Shown here: piece after piece, positions 11,261 through 19,805 of the stretch
Layout: each line of letters begins with the position of its first letter
Position numbering within the stretch: the first letter of the stretch is position 1
DNA from: an uncultured delta proteobacterium
GTDB taxonomy: Bacteria > Desulfobacterota > Binatia > UBA9968
NCBI GenBank assembly: GCA_963847445.1
Contig: CAWJZV010000026.1
Location: forward strand, 64,001-128,000
Direction: 5' to 3'
DNA: 64,000 nt
The notes under the pieces: generated by a model
The model's input: the letters and a program-made list of their open reading frames with translations, nothing else
Databases searched by the model: none
What the model was told of the DNA's origin: nothing
Made by a program: the position numbers and the translations under genes

Positions 11261-11431
11261 TCTCGCAAAGGCGCTAAGGCGCAAAGGTCGGAAAGATTGT
11301 CATTTCGACCGAGGGGAGAAATCTCTCTTAGATCCCTCCCATCCACTCGGGATGACGGCCTCGGTCCGTCACTTGGCGTCTTTGCGCCTTTGCGGGAGAC
11401 ATTCCGATTCCGTTGCGGCTCTGCCGCACCG
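11261..11431. repeat. Nested palindromes: CGCAAAG 9-mer element containing a TGTCATTTCGA..GGATGAC element
   Basis: TCTCGCAAAGGCGCTAAGGCGCAAAG ... TTGGCGTCTTTGCGCCTTTGCGGGAGA with inner IR 11298-11356, then GTTGCGGCTCTGCCGCAC. Confidence 0.8.
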
Positions 11432-11433
11432 AT

Positions 11434-12187
11434 CTACCGCGAGCTGGCGTAGTATTCGACGCGGCGCTCAAAATAGGCGACCGCTTCGGAGAGCCCGAAG
11501 GCGAATGTAAACACGATGATCACCAGCGCCCAGAACTCCTCCATGAGAAAGTGTTGCGAATAGAGCTCGAACAACTCGCCGACGCCGATAATCGCGATCA
11601 AGAGCTGGCCGATCACCACGCCTTTGACGCCGCGGATCACGCCTAGACGCACGCCGGCCAAAATCTCCGGCAGGGCGCTCAAGAAGAGAATTTTGCTGTA
11701 AAGTTGCCGTCGCGTCGCGCCGAAGCAGCGCGCCATTTCGACCAGCGATCGGTCCGCCTGCTTGATTCCTACCTGCGTGTCCAGGATGATGACAAAGACC
11801 GCGAACAGAAACACCGTGACCACCACGGTGTTTTCACCGATACCGATCAGCGCCATCAGGATCGGCACCAGCGCGGAGATCGGCGCGCTGACGAAGATAT
11901 TGACCCACATGCCGAGGATCTTTCCCAGGCTCGGCACTCTGGCCATTAAGACGCCTGATAGGAATGCCGATAAGCAGCGCCAGCGCCATGCCGAGCGCAA
12001 ATGAGCGTAGCGAGATCGACACCGCCGCGCTGAATTTCGCCGTCGGGATGATCGTAATTGCCGCGGCAATCACACCGGAAAATGGCGGCACGATGGTCGA
12101 CAGCTTGGCCCGGCCGACAATCTCCCAGACCACGAACCACACCAACAGTGAGAACAGGATCGGGATTCTTTTGCCGAACAGAATCAT
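11434..12187 (-). CDS. NitT/TauT ABC transporter permease (+1 frameshift near 11956)
   Basis: Hydrophobic, EAA-loop-like EMARCFGATRRQ..ALPEILAGVRLG. Confidence 0.9.
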
Positions 12188-12229
12188 ATCAAGTCACGAA
12201 TTTCAGATGAATGGAAAGCGGGGTCAAAT

Positions 12230-12330
12230 TGCAAGCCAGACGAGGCCCGAGGGAGGAGCCGGCCGGAAACGTACATTGTTGAGTACGTTGAGGACCGGCG
12301 ACGACCGAGAACGAAGTACGGCGCCGCAAG
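12230..12330. repeat. Probable MITE-like insert inside the ABC operon
   Basis: GCCGG..AACGTAC..GTACGTT..ACCGGCG imperfect palindrome filling an otherwise unexplained intra-operon gap. Confidence 0.45.
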
Positions 12331-12341
12331 TTGTGCCCCGT

Positions 12342-13106
12342 CTACACATAGTGCTTCAGGATCTGCCATATCTCGTCAACGGTATCGAGATAGTTCTTGT
12401 CCCGGCGGATCTCGTCGGGGTTTCTCCCGTGGCGGTCGATGTTGGGCTGGATGATCTTCGATATCGTTCCCGGCCGCGGCGATAAAAGGAATATCTGATC
12501 CGAAAGGTAGGCCGCCTCCTCGATACTGTGGGTGACGAAGATCACGGTTTTGTTCTTATGGCGGAGCAGATCCAAAAGCTCTTCCTGAAATTTGCGCCGG
12601 GTCTGCTCATCGACCGAAGAAAACGGCTCGTCCATCAAGATGATATCGGCGTCGACGGTGAGGGCGCGGGCGAGACCGACGCGCTGGCGCATGCCGCCTG
12701 AAAGCTGGTGCGGATAGCTGGTTTCAAACGTTGTCAGGCCGACTTCGGCGATGTGTTTGCGCGCGATTTCATAGCGCTGCGCCTCGGGCAAGCCGCGCAG
12801 CTCCAAACCGAAAGCGACATTGCGCAGCACATTTCCCCAGGGCAACAGCGCGAAGTCTTGAAAGACAAACGCGCGCTCGGCTCCAGGTCCGTCGATTTTT
12901 TTTCCTTTCACCCAAACCTCGCCGCGGCTGGGTGGAATCAGTCCGGCGATAATCTTAAGCAGCGTGGTCTTGCCGCAGCCGCTGGGGCCCAAGAGCGTGC
13001 TCAACTTACCTTGGGGCAGCGCGAGATCGATATGCGCCAGCGCTTCGACGCCGGTCTCATAAACCTTGCCCACGGCTTTGACCTCGACGATGGAGTCAGC
13101 CGGCAT
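12342..13106 (-). CDS. NitT/TauT ABC transporter ATP-binding protein
   Basis: GPSGCGKT, LSGGMRQR, ILMDEPF, VTHS. Confidence 0.95.
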   Translation of the reverse strand: MPADSIVEVKAVGKVYETGVEALAHIDLALPQGKLSTLLGPSGCGKTTLLKIIAGLIPPSRGEVWVKGKKIDGPGAERAFVFQDFALLPWGNVLRNVAFGLELRGLPEAQRYEIARKHIAEVGLTTFETSYPHQLSGGMRQRVGLARALTVDADIILMDEPFSSVDEQTRRKFQEELLDLLRHKNKTVIFVTHSIEEAAYLSDQIFLLSPRPGTISKIIQPNIDRHGRNPDEIRRDKNYLDTVDEIWQILKHYV

Positions 13107-13909
13107 GCTCAAGGCCTCGCATTTCCGGCGGGAAGAGCTTGCGCTCGAGCCGTTCCAGCGCGTGGATCGTCAAGGCGGCGAAGATGATTATCGAAACGAT
13201 CGCCGCGAACATTTGCGGGTAATCGGCCACCGAGCTGTTGTAGGTAATCAGATCGCCGATCCCGGTCGGCGTGATCAACAGCTCGGCAATCACGATGCCG
13301 ATGAATCCCATCGCCACTCCCAAGCCGGAGCCCGGCAAAGATCAAAGCGCTCGCATGGGGCAGAACGATCTTGAGAACTTCCTGACGTTTTGTCCCAAGA
13401 AAGGCCCGGCACATCTGGATCAACGAAGGGTTGGTGTTGCGGATGCCCTTGTAGGAATTCATCACGATCACCGGCGCCGCCAGGACAACGACGGCCAATA
13501 CCTTGGAAAGGATGCCGATGCCGTACATGTAGGTGATCAGCGGAATGATCGCCGCCATCGGCGCCGCCTGCAGGACGATGAAAATCGGCAAGCTGAACCA
13601 CTCGATGGAGCGGGACAGTCCCATCGCGATGCCGAAACCGATGCCGATGACGCCGGCAAGAGCTATGCCGATGATGAGCGGTTGGAGTGTCGACAGATAG
13701 GCCTTGGCGAGACTGCCGTCGGCGATCATCGACAACAGCGCCAGCAACGTCTTACTGAACGGCGGAAATGAAAAACTGATCGGCCAGCGTCCAGCCAGCT
13801 CCCACAGGCCGAAGAACAGAACGAAAGAGATCAACTGCCAGACGAGAGGTGAAACTGGAGTAATGGAATGATGGAGTACTGGAGTATTGGGTTTTTCCGA
13901 CCCCATCAC
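13096..13909 (-). CDS. NitT/TauT ABC transporter permease (+1 frameshift near 13320)
   Basis: Hydrophobic, QMCRAFLGTKRQEVLKIVLP, IAELL..GIG. Confidence 0.9.
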
Positions 13910-13939
13910 TCCAAAACTCCATCACTCCAGTACTCCATT
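13856..13939. repeat. 8-bp period TGGAGT/ACTCCA palindromic repeat
   Basis: TGGAGTAATGGAATGATGGAGTACTGGAGTATTGGG ... CCCATCACTCCAAAACTCCATCACTCCAGTACTCCA; half copy at 3436-3476. Confidence 0.85.
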
Positions 13940-13946
13940 GCCTTGC

Positions 13947-14933
13947 TCACTTCACATTCGCCAGCGCCGCTTTGAGCGGCGCCAAATACCAGAAATCCTC
14001 GACCTTGAGATTTTCACCCTTTAACGCGCCGGAGAGAGTATAGAATTCCAGATCGTTCTGGGCCGCGGCGGCGACACCGCCGTCGTTGGGAAACACGCCG
14101 TTTTGCACGGCCTCTTCGAAGAACGGCATAATCTCGCCTTCCAACTTGGCCGGCAGATCGCTGAGCAAGCCGAGCTTTTTGCGCTCGTCGAGAACCGATT
14201 TGGGATTGGCGTTGATCGCGCGATTCACCCTGACCAGCTCTTCGATAAAAATCCTGATGGCCGCCTGGTTCTTGTCGATGAACTCGCGGCTGGCGAACAA
14301 CGCCTCGTCGCTCGCCTTCACGTTGCCCAGCGGCAAAATCATAAATTTATCCGGCGCTTCCTTCATCACCATGTTCTTGTTCGGCGAATCGAGAATCGAC
14401 GCCTTGATATTTCCCTTCAAGAGCGCCAGCCCACGCACTTGAGACCCTGGCACGTAGCTTATGTTCTTAAACTTGATGCCGTGCTGCTTGGCCGCGAGAA
14501 TCATGATCGCCTCGGTGCCCGAGCCGCGCCCCTGCACGGCGATCTCCTGGTTGTCGAGATCCTTCCAGCTCTTGTAACTCTCTTTGTTCACGATCGGGAA
14601 AAATAGCAGGGCGCTCAGCTGAACGAAAAAGCGGATCGGCACGGTAACTTTCTGCAACGCGGCATACGGCGTCCCCTGCCCCACGTCCGCCTGACCGTTG
14701 ATGACCGCCTGGGTCGCCAGCTCTTCGCTCTTGAATGCAGTGATCTCGACGTCCACGCCGCGCGCCTTGGCCCGCTCCACGGCGATCAACAGCGGCAATT
14801 CATCGATGGAAATAACGTCGCCCAAAGCGTAGCGAATCTTGGTTCGCGCCTGCGCCGCCGCTTCGCCGGCCAGAGCGAAAAAGAACGCCGTCAGGATCAG
14901 AAGATTGACAAGCGATTTCTCTATTCGAATCAT
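13947..14933 (-). CDS. ABC transporter substrate-binding protein cognate to the adjacent permeases/ATPase
   Basis: GGGAGG RBS, signal peptide ending AAA-Q, first gene of SBP-permease-ATPase-permease operon. Confidence 0.9.
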   Translation of the reverse strand: MIRIEKSLVNLLILTAFFFALAGEAAAQARTKIRYALGDVISIDELPLLIAVERAKARGVDVEITAFKSEELATQAVINGQADVGQGTPYAALQKVTVPIRFFVQLSALLFFPIVNKESYKSWKDLDNQEIAVQGRGSGTEAIMILAAKQHGIKFKNISYVPGSQVRGLALLKGNIKASILDSPNKNMVMKEAPDKFMILPLGNVKASDEALFASREFIDKNQAAIRIFIEELVRVNRAINANPKSVLDERKKLGLLSDLPAKLEGEIMPFFEEAVQNGVFPNDGGVAAAAQNDLEFYTLSGALKGENLKVEDFWYLAPLKAALANVK

Positions 14934-15042
14934 CGTAGCCACCTCCCTGATTATCAACTGATGGGCGGGAGTACCGCGAAACCGCCCTGACTGTCAAGCT
15001 GTTTTTAGATCTTGGTTTTTCCAGGTTTAGTGCGGATGAATA

Positions 15043-15347
15043 TTCACCACGAAGGGTTTCATGTGGTTACGTTACGCACACCTGCGGAAAATCAAAATGG
15101 CGAAACCCGTAGGATGTGGTGAGTCCGCGAACCGCATCGAAGAAGTGCGGCTTACCAACGATGCGGTTCCCTTTGGTCACCACATCCTACAAACCTGCTT
15201 GACGCGTCATTCCCGCGCACGCGGGAAGTTTGGCGCAGCCCAAACCTGGATACCCGCGTTCGCGGGTATGACGAGTCGAGGAGGGAATTCCCTCGATTTT
15301 CATTCTCCCTGGGCGTGCGCTGAGATCATGATTGCCTTCGTGGTGAA
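15043..15347. repeat. Multi-layer nested palindromic element
   Basis: Outer TTCACCACGAAGG/CCTTCGTGGTGAA; inner GTAG REP pair 15109-15190; GTCATTCCC element 15206-15272. Confidence 0.85.
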
Positions 15348-15430
15348 AACTTCCTAACCTTCGTGGTGCAGGAAATCATTGTCAACGTGCTACGTTACCC
15401 GCACGGAAGGCTGAAGAGTCTAAAGTCAAA

Positions 15431-15459
15431 TTGACACCCGTCAGCCCCTTTGTTATTCG
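15431..15459 (+). promoter_or_regulatory. Putative sigma70 promoter
   Basis: TTGACA-N17-TATTCG upstream of AGGAG RBS and ATG 15495. Confidence 0.5.
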
Positions 15460-15494
15460 ATGGACTACGCCGGAAACTTCTCTAGGAGCAAATC

Positions 15495-16616
15495 ATGAAA
15501 AACGGTTACAAAGCGATGGATTCGGATATGCATGTCATGGAACCCTGTGACCTATGGCAAAAGTATATCGATAAGAAATATCTCGACCGCGCGCCCATCG
15601 GTCTGAACCGCCACAAACGCGATCTGGGCGTGGAGGTCGACGGCAAGGTTATGCCGCGGCCGACGCCCAAGCCGAACCCGGCGCTGCGGCCGCTGCGCGA
15701 GAAGATTTTGAACGAACGCTATCAGGAAGAAGAGGCGCGCGATTTCGACAACGTCGCCCAGCTGCGCGCCATGGATAAGGAAGGTCTCGATGTCGCGATC
15801 CTTTATCCGAGCCGCGGACTGTTCGTCCTCGCCGTCGACCATCTCGATCCCGATCTCGCCGCCGCCATCGCCAAGGCCTACAACGACTGGATGTTCGACT
15901 TCTGCAAAGTCGCGCCCGAGCGCATGTACGGCGCCGGCATCGTCGCGCCCCACGATGTTTCCGCGGCGGTGGAAGAAACCCGCCGCTGCGTCAAAGAGCT
16001 GGGCTTCCGCAGCGTCCTCGTGCGGCCGAACCATGTCAACGGCAAGATGTGGAGCGATCCCTACTACGACCCGCTCTGGGAAGAATGCCAGAAGCTGAAT
16101 ATTCCGATCGGCTTTCACGAAGCCGGCCGGGTGTTTTTGCCGCAGCCGGCGCTGTCGGAGTTCATCCCGAGCTTCACCATGTTCAACACCTTGTCGTTTC
16201 CCATGGCCAACATGTTCGCCTGCTCGGACATGATTTACGGCGGCGTCATGGAACGTTTTCCCAAACTCAAAGTCGCCTACCTCGAAGGCAACTGCGCCTG
16301 GCTGCCCTGGCTCTTGTGGCGCATGGGCGAGTACGCCGAGCTCACCGGCGCCGCCGAGCATCCGGAAATGAAGCTCGAACCGCTGGAATATTTCCAGCGC
16401 CAATGCTGGGGCGCGGTGGAGTGCGACGAACATGTCGCCAAGTTCATCCCCGAGTTCGGCCTCGAAGACAACATCGTCTTCTCCACCGACTACCCGCATC
16501 TAGACGTGAAATATCCCCACGCCGTGGAGAGTTTTCTGAATATGCCGTTCAGCGATCAGAGCAAACGAAAATATTTGTGGGATAACTGCGCGCGGCTATA
16601 CGGATTTGGATACTAA
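15495..16616 (+). CDS. Amidohydrolase_2 family protein
   Basis: MDSDMH, MDKEGLDVAILYP, IGFHE, YLEGN, FSTDYPH, DNCARLY. Confidence 0.92.
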   Translation: MKNGYKAMDSDMHVMEPCDLWQKYIDKKYLDRAPIGLNRHKRDLGVEVDGKVMPRPTPKPNPALRPLREKILNERYQEEEARDFDNVAQLRAMDKEGLDVAILYPSRGLFVLAVDHLDPDLAAAIAKAYNDWMFDFCKVAPERMYGAGIVAPHDVSAAVEETRRCVKELGFRSVLVRPNHVNGKMWSDPYYDPLWEECQKLNIPIGFHEAGRVFLPQPALSEFIPSFTMFNTLSFPMANMFACSDMIYGGVMERFPKLKVAYLEGNCAWLPWLLWRMGEYAELTGAAEHPEMKLEPLEYFQRQCWGAVECDEHVAKFIPEFGLEDNIVFSTDYPHLDVKYPHAVESFLNMPFSDQSKRKYLWDNCARLYGFGY

Positions 16617-16622
16617 GAAATC

Positions 16623-16704
16623 GTTCAAGGTTCAAGGGTTCAAGAGTTCAAGGCCGGATTTCGGAAACAACATTGAACGTTTGAACCGTTGAACCTTTGA
16701 ACGG
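16623..16704. repeat. GTTCAA/TTGAAC short-period palindrome (full copy)
   Basis: 4x GTTCAA, loop GGCCGGATTTCGGAAACAAC, 4x TTGAAC. Confidence 0.9.
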
Positions 16705-16737
16705 CTGTCACTTAGTTATGGCCGCGCGGTTTTTGCT

Positions 16738-17820
16738 ATGACCCTGCAATCCTGGAAGATGTTAGTTGCCGTGGCTGCCGTCATCGCGGTCGTTGGCGGG
16801 TTCGGCGTGTGGTGGTGGCGCACCTCCGGCTATGTCTCCACGGACGACGCCCGCATCAAAGCCGAGGTCGTAGCGGTTAGCGCGGAACTGACCGCCAAGC
16901 TCAACTCCCTCACCAAAGAGGAAGGCGAGCTGGTCACCCGCCAGGAAGTGCTCGCCACGCTGGATCGCCGCGAGCTGGAGATATTGCTCCAACAAGCCGA
17001 CGCGGAGGCGGACCGCTTGCGTAACAAAGCGCAGCAAGGGGCAAAGGAGATCGAACTACACATCGCCAGACAAAAAGAAGAAGTGGTAAAGGCGGAGGCC
17101 GCGTTGCGAGCTTCGCGCCATCAATTCGACGACGCGCGGGCCCATGCCGATCAGGCAAAAGAGGACTGGTCGAGAAATCAAAAGCTCTTCGATCGAGCGC
17201 TCGTCGCCGAGCAGGAACTGGAGCGGGCAAAAACCAGCTTGCGCCAGGCCGACGCACAGCTGTCGACGATGCAGGAAAAAATCAAAGAGGGCCAGTCGAG
17301 CCTGGATTTGGCACGCATCAAGGCTCAAGAAACGGCGGTCATGGAGGCCGATCTTCAGGCCCGCAGCGCCGACGTGCGACGGGCCGAAGCCGTGCTCGCC
17401 GACTTGCGCCGCAAGCTGCAGCTGACGACGATTCACAGTCCGGTGGCGGGTGTGGTAGTGAAGAAGAACGCTAACACCGGCGAAGTCATTCAAAGCGGCC
17501 AGCCGATCTATATGATCGTCGACGCCAGCCGCTACTGGATCGAAGCCAATGTCGAGGAAACTCAGATTCGCTTTGTCCGGCCCGGCAGCCCGGTGCTCAT
17601 CAGGGTGGATTCCTATCCGGACCAGCAATTTGACGGCAAAGTCGTCGAAGTCGGCGGCGCCACGGTTTCGGAGTTTTCCCTGTTCACGCCGCAGAAACTC
17701 ACAGGGCTATTCATCAAGTCGACCCAGCGCCTGCCGGTCAAGATCTCTGTGACCAATTCTAACGGCGCGCTGCGCGTCGGCATGCTCGTCGTGGTGCGGA
17801 TCAAGAAGCACACCCATTGA
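16738..17820 (+). CDS. HlyD/EmrA-type membrane fusion protein
   Basis: N-terminal TM, YVSTDDA, coiled coil, IHSPVAGVV, ANVEETQI, QRLPVKI. Confidence 0.92.
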   Translation: MTLQSWKMLVAVAAVIAVVGGFGVWWWRTSGYVSTDDARIKAEVVAVSAELTAKLNSLTKEEGELVTRQEVLATLDRRELEILLQQADAEADRLRNKAQQGAKEIELHIARQKEEVVKAEAALRASRHQFDDARAHADQAKEDWSRNQKLFDRALVAEQELERAKTSLRQADAQLSTMQEKIKEGQSSLDLARIKAQETAVMEADLQARSADVRRAEAVLADLRRKLQLTTIHSPVAGVVVKKNANTGEVIQSGQPIYMIVDASRYWIEANVEETQIRFVRPGSPVLIRVDSYPDQQFDGKVVEVGGATVSEFSLFTPQKLTGLFIKSTQRLPVKISVTNSNGALRVGMLVVVRIKKHTH

Positions 17821-17869
17821 GGTGGACCGGATGGAAACCGTTCCTAGCAGCTTTGTGAGATACGCTGTG

Positions 17870-17961
17870 GGCAGGCTGCTCAACAAGATCTCAGAGGCGA
17901 GGCACGCGGAGCGAAGCGATCGAGCGCAACGAAGCCTATGAAGCTTTTTCAGCAGCCTGCC
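17870..17961. mobile_element. 92-bp MITE-like element with 11-bp terminal inverted repeats
   Basis: GGCAGGCTGCT ... AGCAGCCTGCC; removing it fuses ATG 17831 in frame to the MFS gene. Confidence 0.7.
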
Positions 17962-19524
17962 AGCCCACTGCAAAATTCTGCCGGATTCCGCAAATGGTCG
18001 ATCGCGATCACGCTATTTCTCGGAACTCTATCCGTGGGCTTGAGCGTGACCGCCGTGAATATCGCGATCCCGACCATGATGTCGTCCTTCGGCACTTCGT
18101 TGAATCGCATCCAGTGGGTTCTCACCGGCTTTATGATCACCCGCACGGTGCTGATTCCCTGCGTCGGCTGGTTGGGCGACCGCCTCGGCGACCGCAATGT
18201 CTTTCTCTTGAGCACGACGCTATTCACCGCGGGGTCGTTGCTCTGTTCGCTGTCCTGGAATACCGAATCGCTGATTTTCTTTCGCATCATTCAGGGGATC
18301 GGCGCGGGGCCGCTTCTGGGCGTGGCGATGGCGATCATGTTCGAAGCCTTTCCGCGCCATGAGCGCGGCTTGGCAATGGGGCTGTTCATGACCGGTTGGT
18401 CTTTAGGCCCGTTCCTCGGCCCGATTCTCGGCGGCTATCTGGTCGAACATGTCCATTGGCGCGCGATTTTTTACATCAATCTGCCGACCGGCTTGCTGAG
18501 CATTGTCGCCGGCTATTACATTCTCCCGCGCACGAAATCTCAGGCCGCCGCGGCGCCCCTCGATGCCTTCGGCCTAATCACGATGATCGGCGCGACTATC
18601 GCGCTATTGCTGGCTCTCAGCATGGGCCAGGAAGAGGGCTGGAGCAGTCGATTCATCGTCGGCCTTTTCATCGCCGCCGCCATACTCACCGCGCTCTTTC
18701 TGGTGGCGGAAACTAGAGTGAAGCAGCCTTTCTTGGAGCTCAGTTATTTTCGCAACGCCAATTTCACCATCGCCAATATTTTGATTTTCCTGCGCGTCTT
18801 CGCGTTTCGCGGCGCCAGTTTTCTGGTTTCGCTGTTTCTGCAAAAGGCGCTCAACTATAGCCCCACCCAAGCCGGGATTTTTCTTCTCCCCGGCGCGGTG
18901 ATCACCGGCCTGTGGTCGCCGTTGGCGGGAAGCTTGAGCGACCGGTTGGGGCCGCGCATCCCGATCGTCTCCGGTTTCGTCATTCTCTTTATCGCGGTCT
19001 ACGGCCTGTCGACGATGACGCTCTGGACCACCGTGACGATGATCTTCGTTTTCCTGTGCTTGAAGAGCGTCGGCGAGTCGAGCTTGAATGCGCCGCTCAA
19101 CACGCTGGCGCTGGGCGCGTTGCCGGAGGGCCGGGCGCGCATGGGCAGCGGCATCATCGGCATGAGCCGGGGACTGGGCGAAGCCTTCGGCGTCGGCGTC
19201 TTCAGTTTTCTCCTCGAGCGCTCCGCCTACCTCAATCTTTACTCCATCCCGCCTCTGCAGGGCGCGGCGTTTGTCGCCAACGAGCGCTTCGAAGCGCTGG
19301 CGCACATCCGCGGGCTTTTGATTCAGGCCGGTCAATTCGCTGTCGCCGTGGAACAGCGCGCCGAGTCCCTGCTCGCCCACTCGCTTATCACCCAAGCGCT
19401 CGCGCTCGCCTATCAAGACTTGTTCTTCGTCATCGCGCTAATCTATCTAGGACTGATGGCGCTGGCATTTTTCTTGCGCGCGCCTAAGGCGAGAACCGAT
19501 CTACAACCAGACCGGCACGGATGA
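17938..19524 (+). CDS. DHA2 (EmrB/QacA) MFS efflux permease; ancestral start probably 17831
   Basis: IQWVLTGF, GWLGDRLG, FRIIQGIG, GPILGGYL, WRAIFYINLP; follows EmrA-like gene. Confidence 0.93.
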   Translation: MKLFQQPASPLQNSAGFRKWSIAITLFLGTLSVGLSVTAVNIAIPTMMSSFGTSLNRIQWVLTGFMITRTVLIPCVGWLGDRLGDRNVFLLSTTLFTAGSLLCSLSWNTESLIFFRIIQGIGAGPLLGVAMAIMFEAFPRHERGLAMGLFMTGWSLGPFLGPILGGYLVEHVHWRAIFYINLPTGLLSIVAGYYILPRTKSQAAAAPLDAFGLITMIGATIALLLALSMGQEEGWSSRFIVGLFIAAAILTALFLVAETRVKQPFLELSYFRNANFTIANILIFLRVFAFRGASFLVSLFLQKALNYSPTQAGIFLLPGAVITGLWSPLAGSLSDRLGPRIPIVSGFVILFIAVYGLSTMTLWTTVTMIFVFLCLKSVGESSLNAPLNTLALGALPEGRARMGSGIIGMSRGLGEAFGVGVFSFLLERSAYLNLYSIPPLQGAAFVANERFEALAHIRGLLIQAGQFAVAVEQRAESLLAHSLITQALALAYQDLFFVIALIYLGLMALAFFLRAPKARTDLQPDRHG

Positions 19525-19559
19525 ACGGTAGAGATCAAGCTTGAGCCGCTTTGGAAACC

Positions 19560-19635
19560 GTTCATGGTTCAACGGTTCAAAATTCACGCCGGATTCCGCA
19601 ACTATCTTTGAACTCTTGAACGGCTGCGCTTTGAC
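19560..19635. repeat. GTTCAA/TTGAAC palindrome (degenerate full copy)
   Basis: GTTCATGGTTCAACGGTTCAA..CCGGATTCCGCAAC..TTGAACTCTTGAAC. Confidence 0.75.
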
Positions 19636-19805
19636 AATTGCGGATTTGAACTTTGCCGCCGGATTCAGACCGGGTCGGTGCGATGTCGTTGGACGGCTGA
19701 TCCGCGCTGGGCGAGAAATGCTTTTCCTGCTGTCCGCAGAATCACCATCGAAACAACGCGAGAATACCGAGTCATGGCGAATCCCGGCATCGAATCCCAC
19801 CCGCT

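Noticed and set aside
16623-16704. CRISPR array suggested by GTTCAA/TTGAAC ends (also other copies)
   Set aside because: Units are 7-9 bp with no 25-40 bp repeats, no unique spacers and no cas genes
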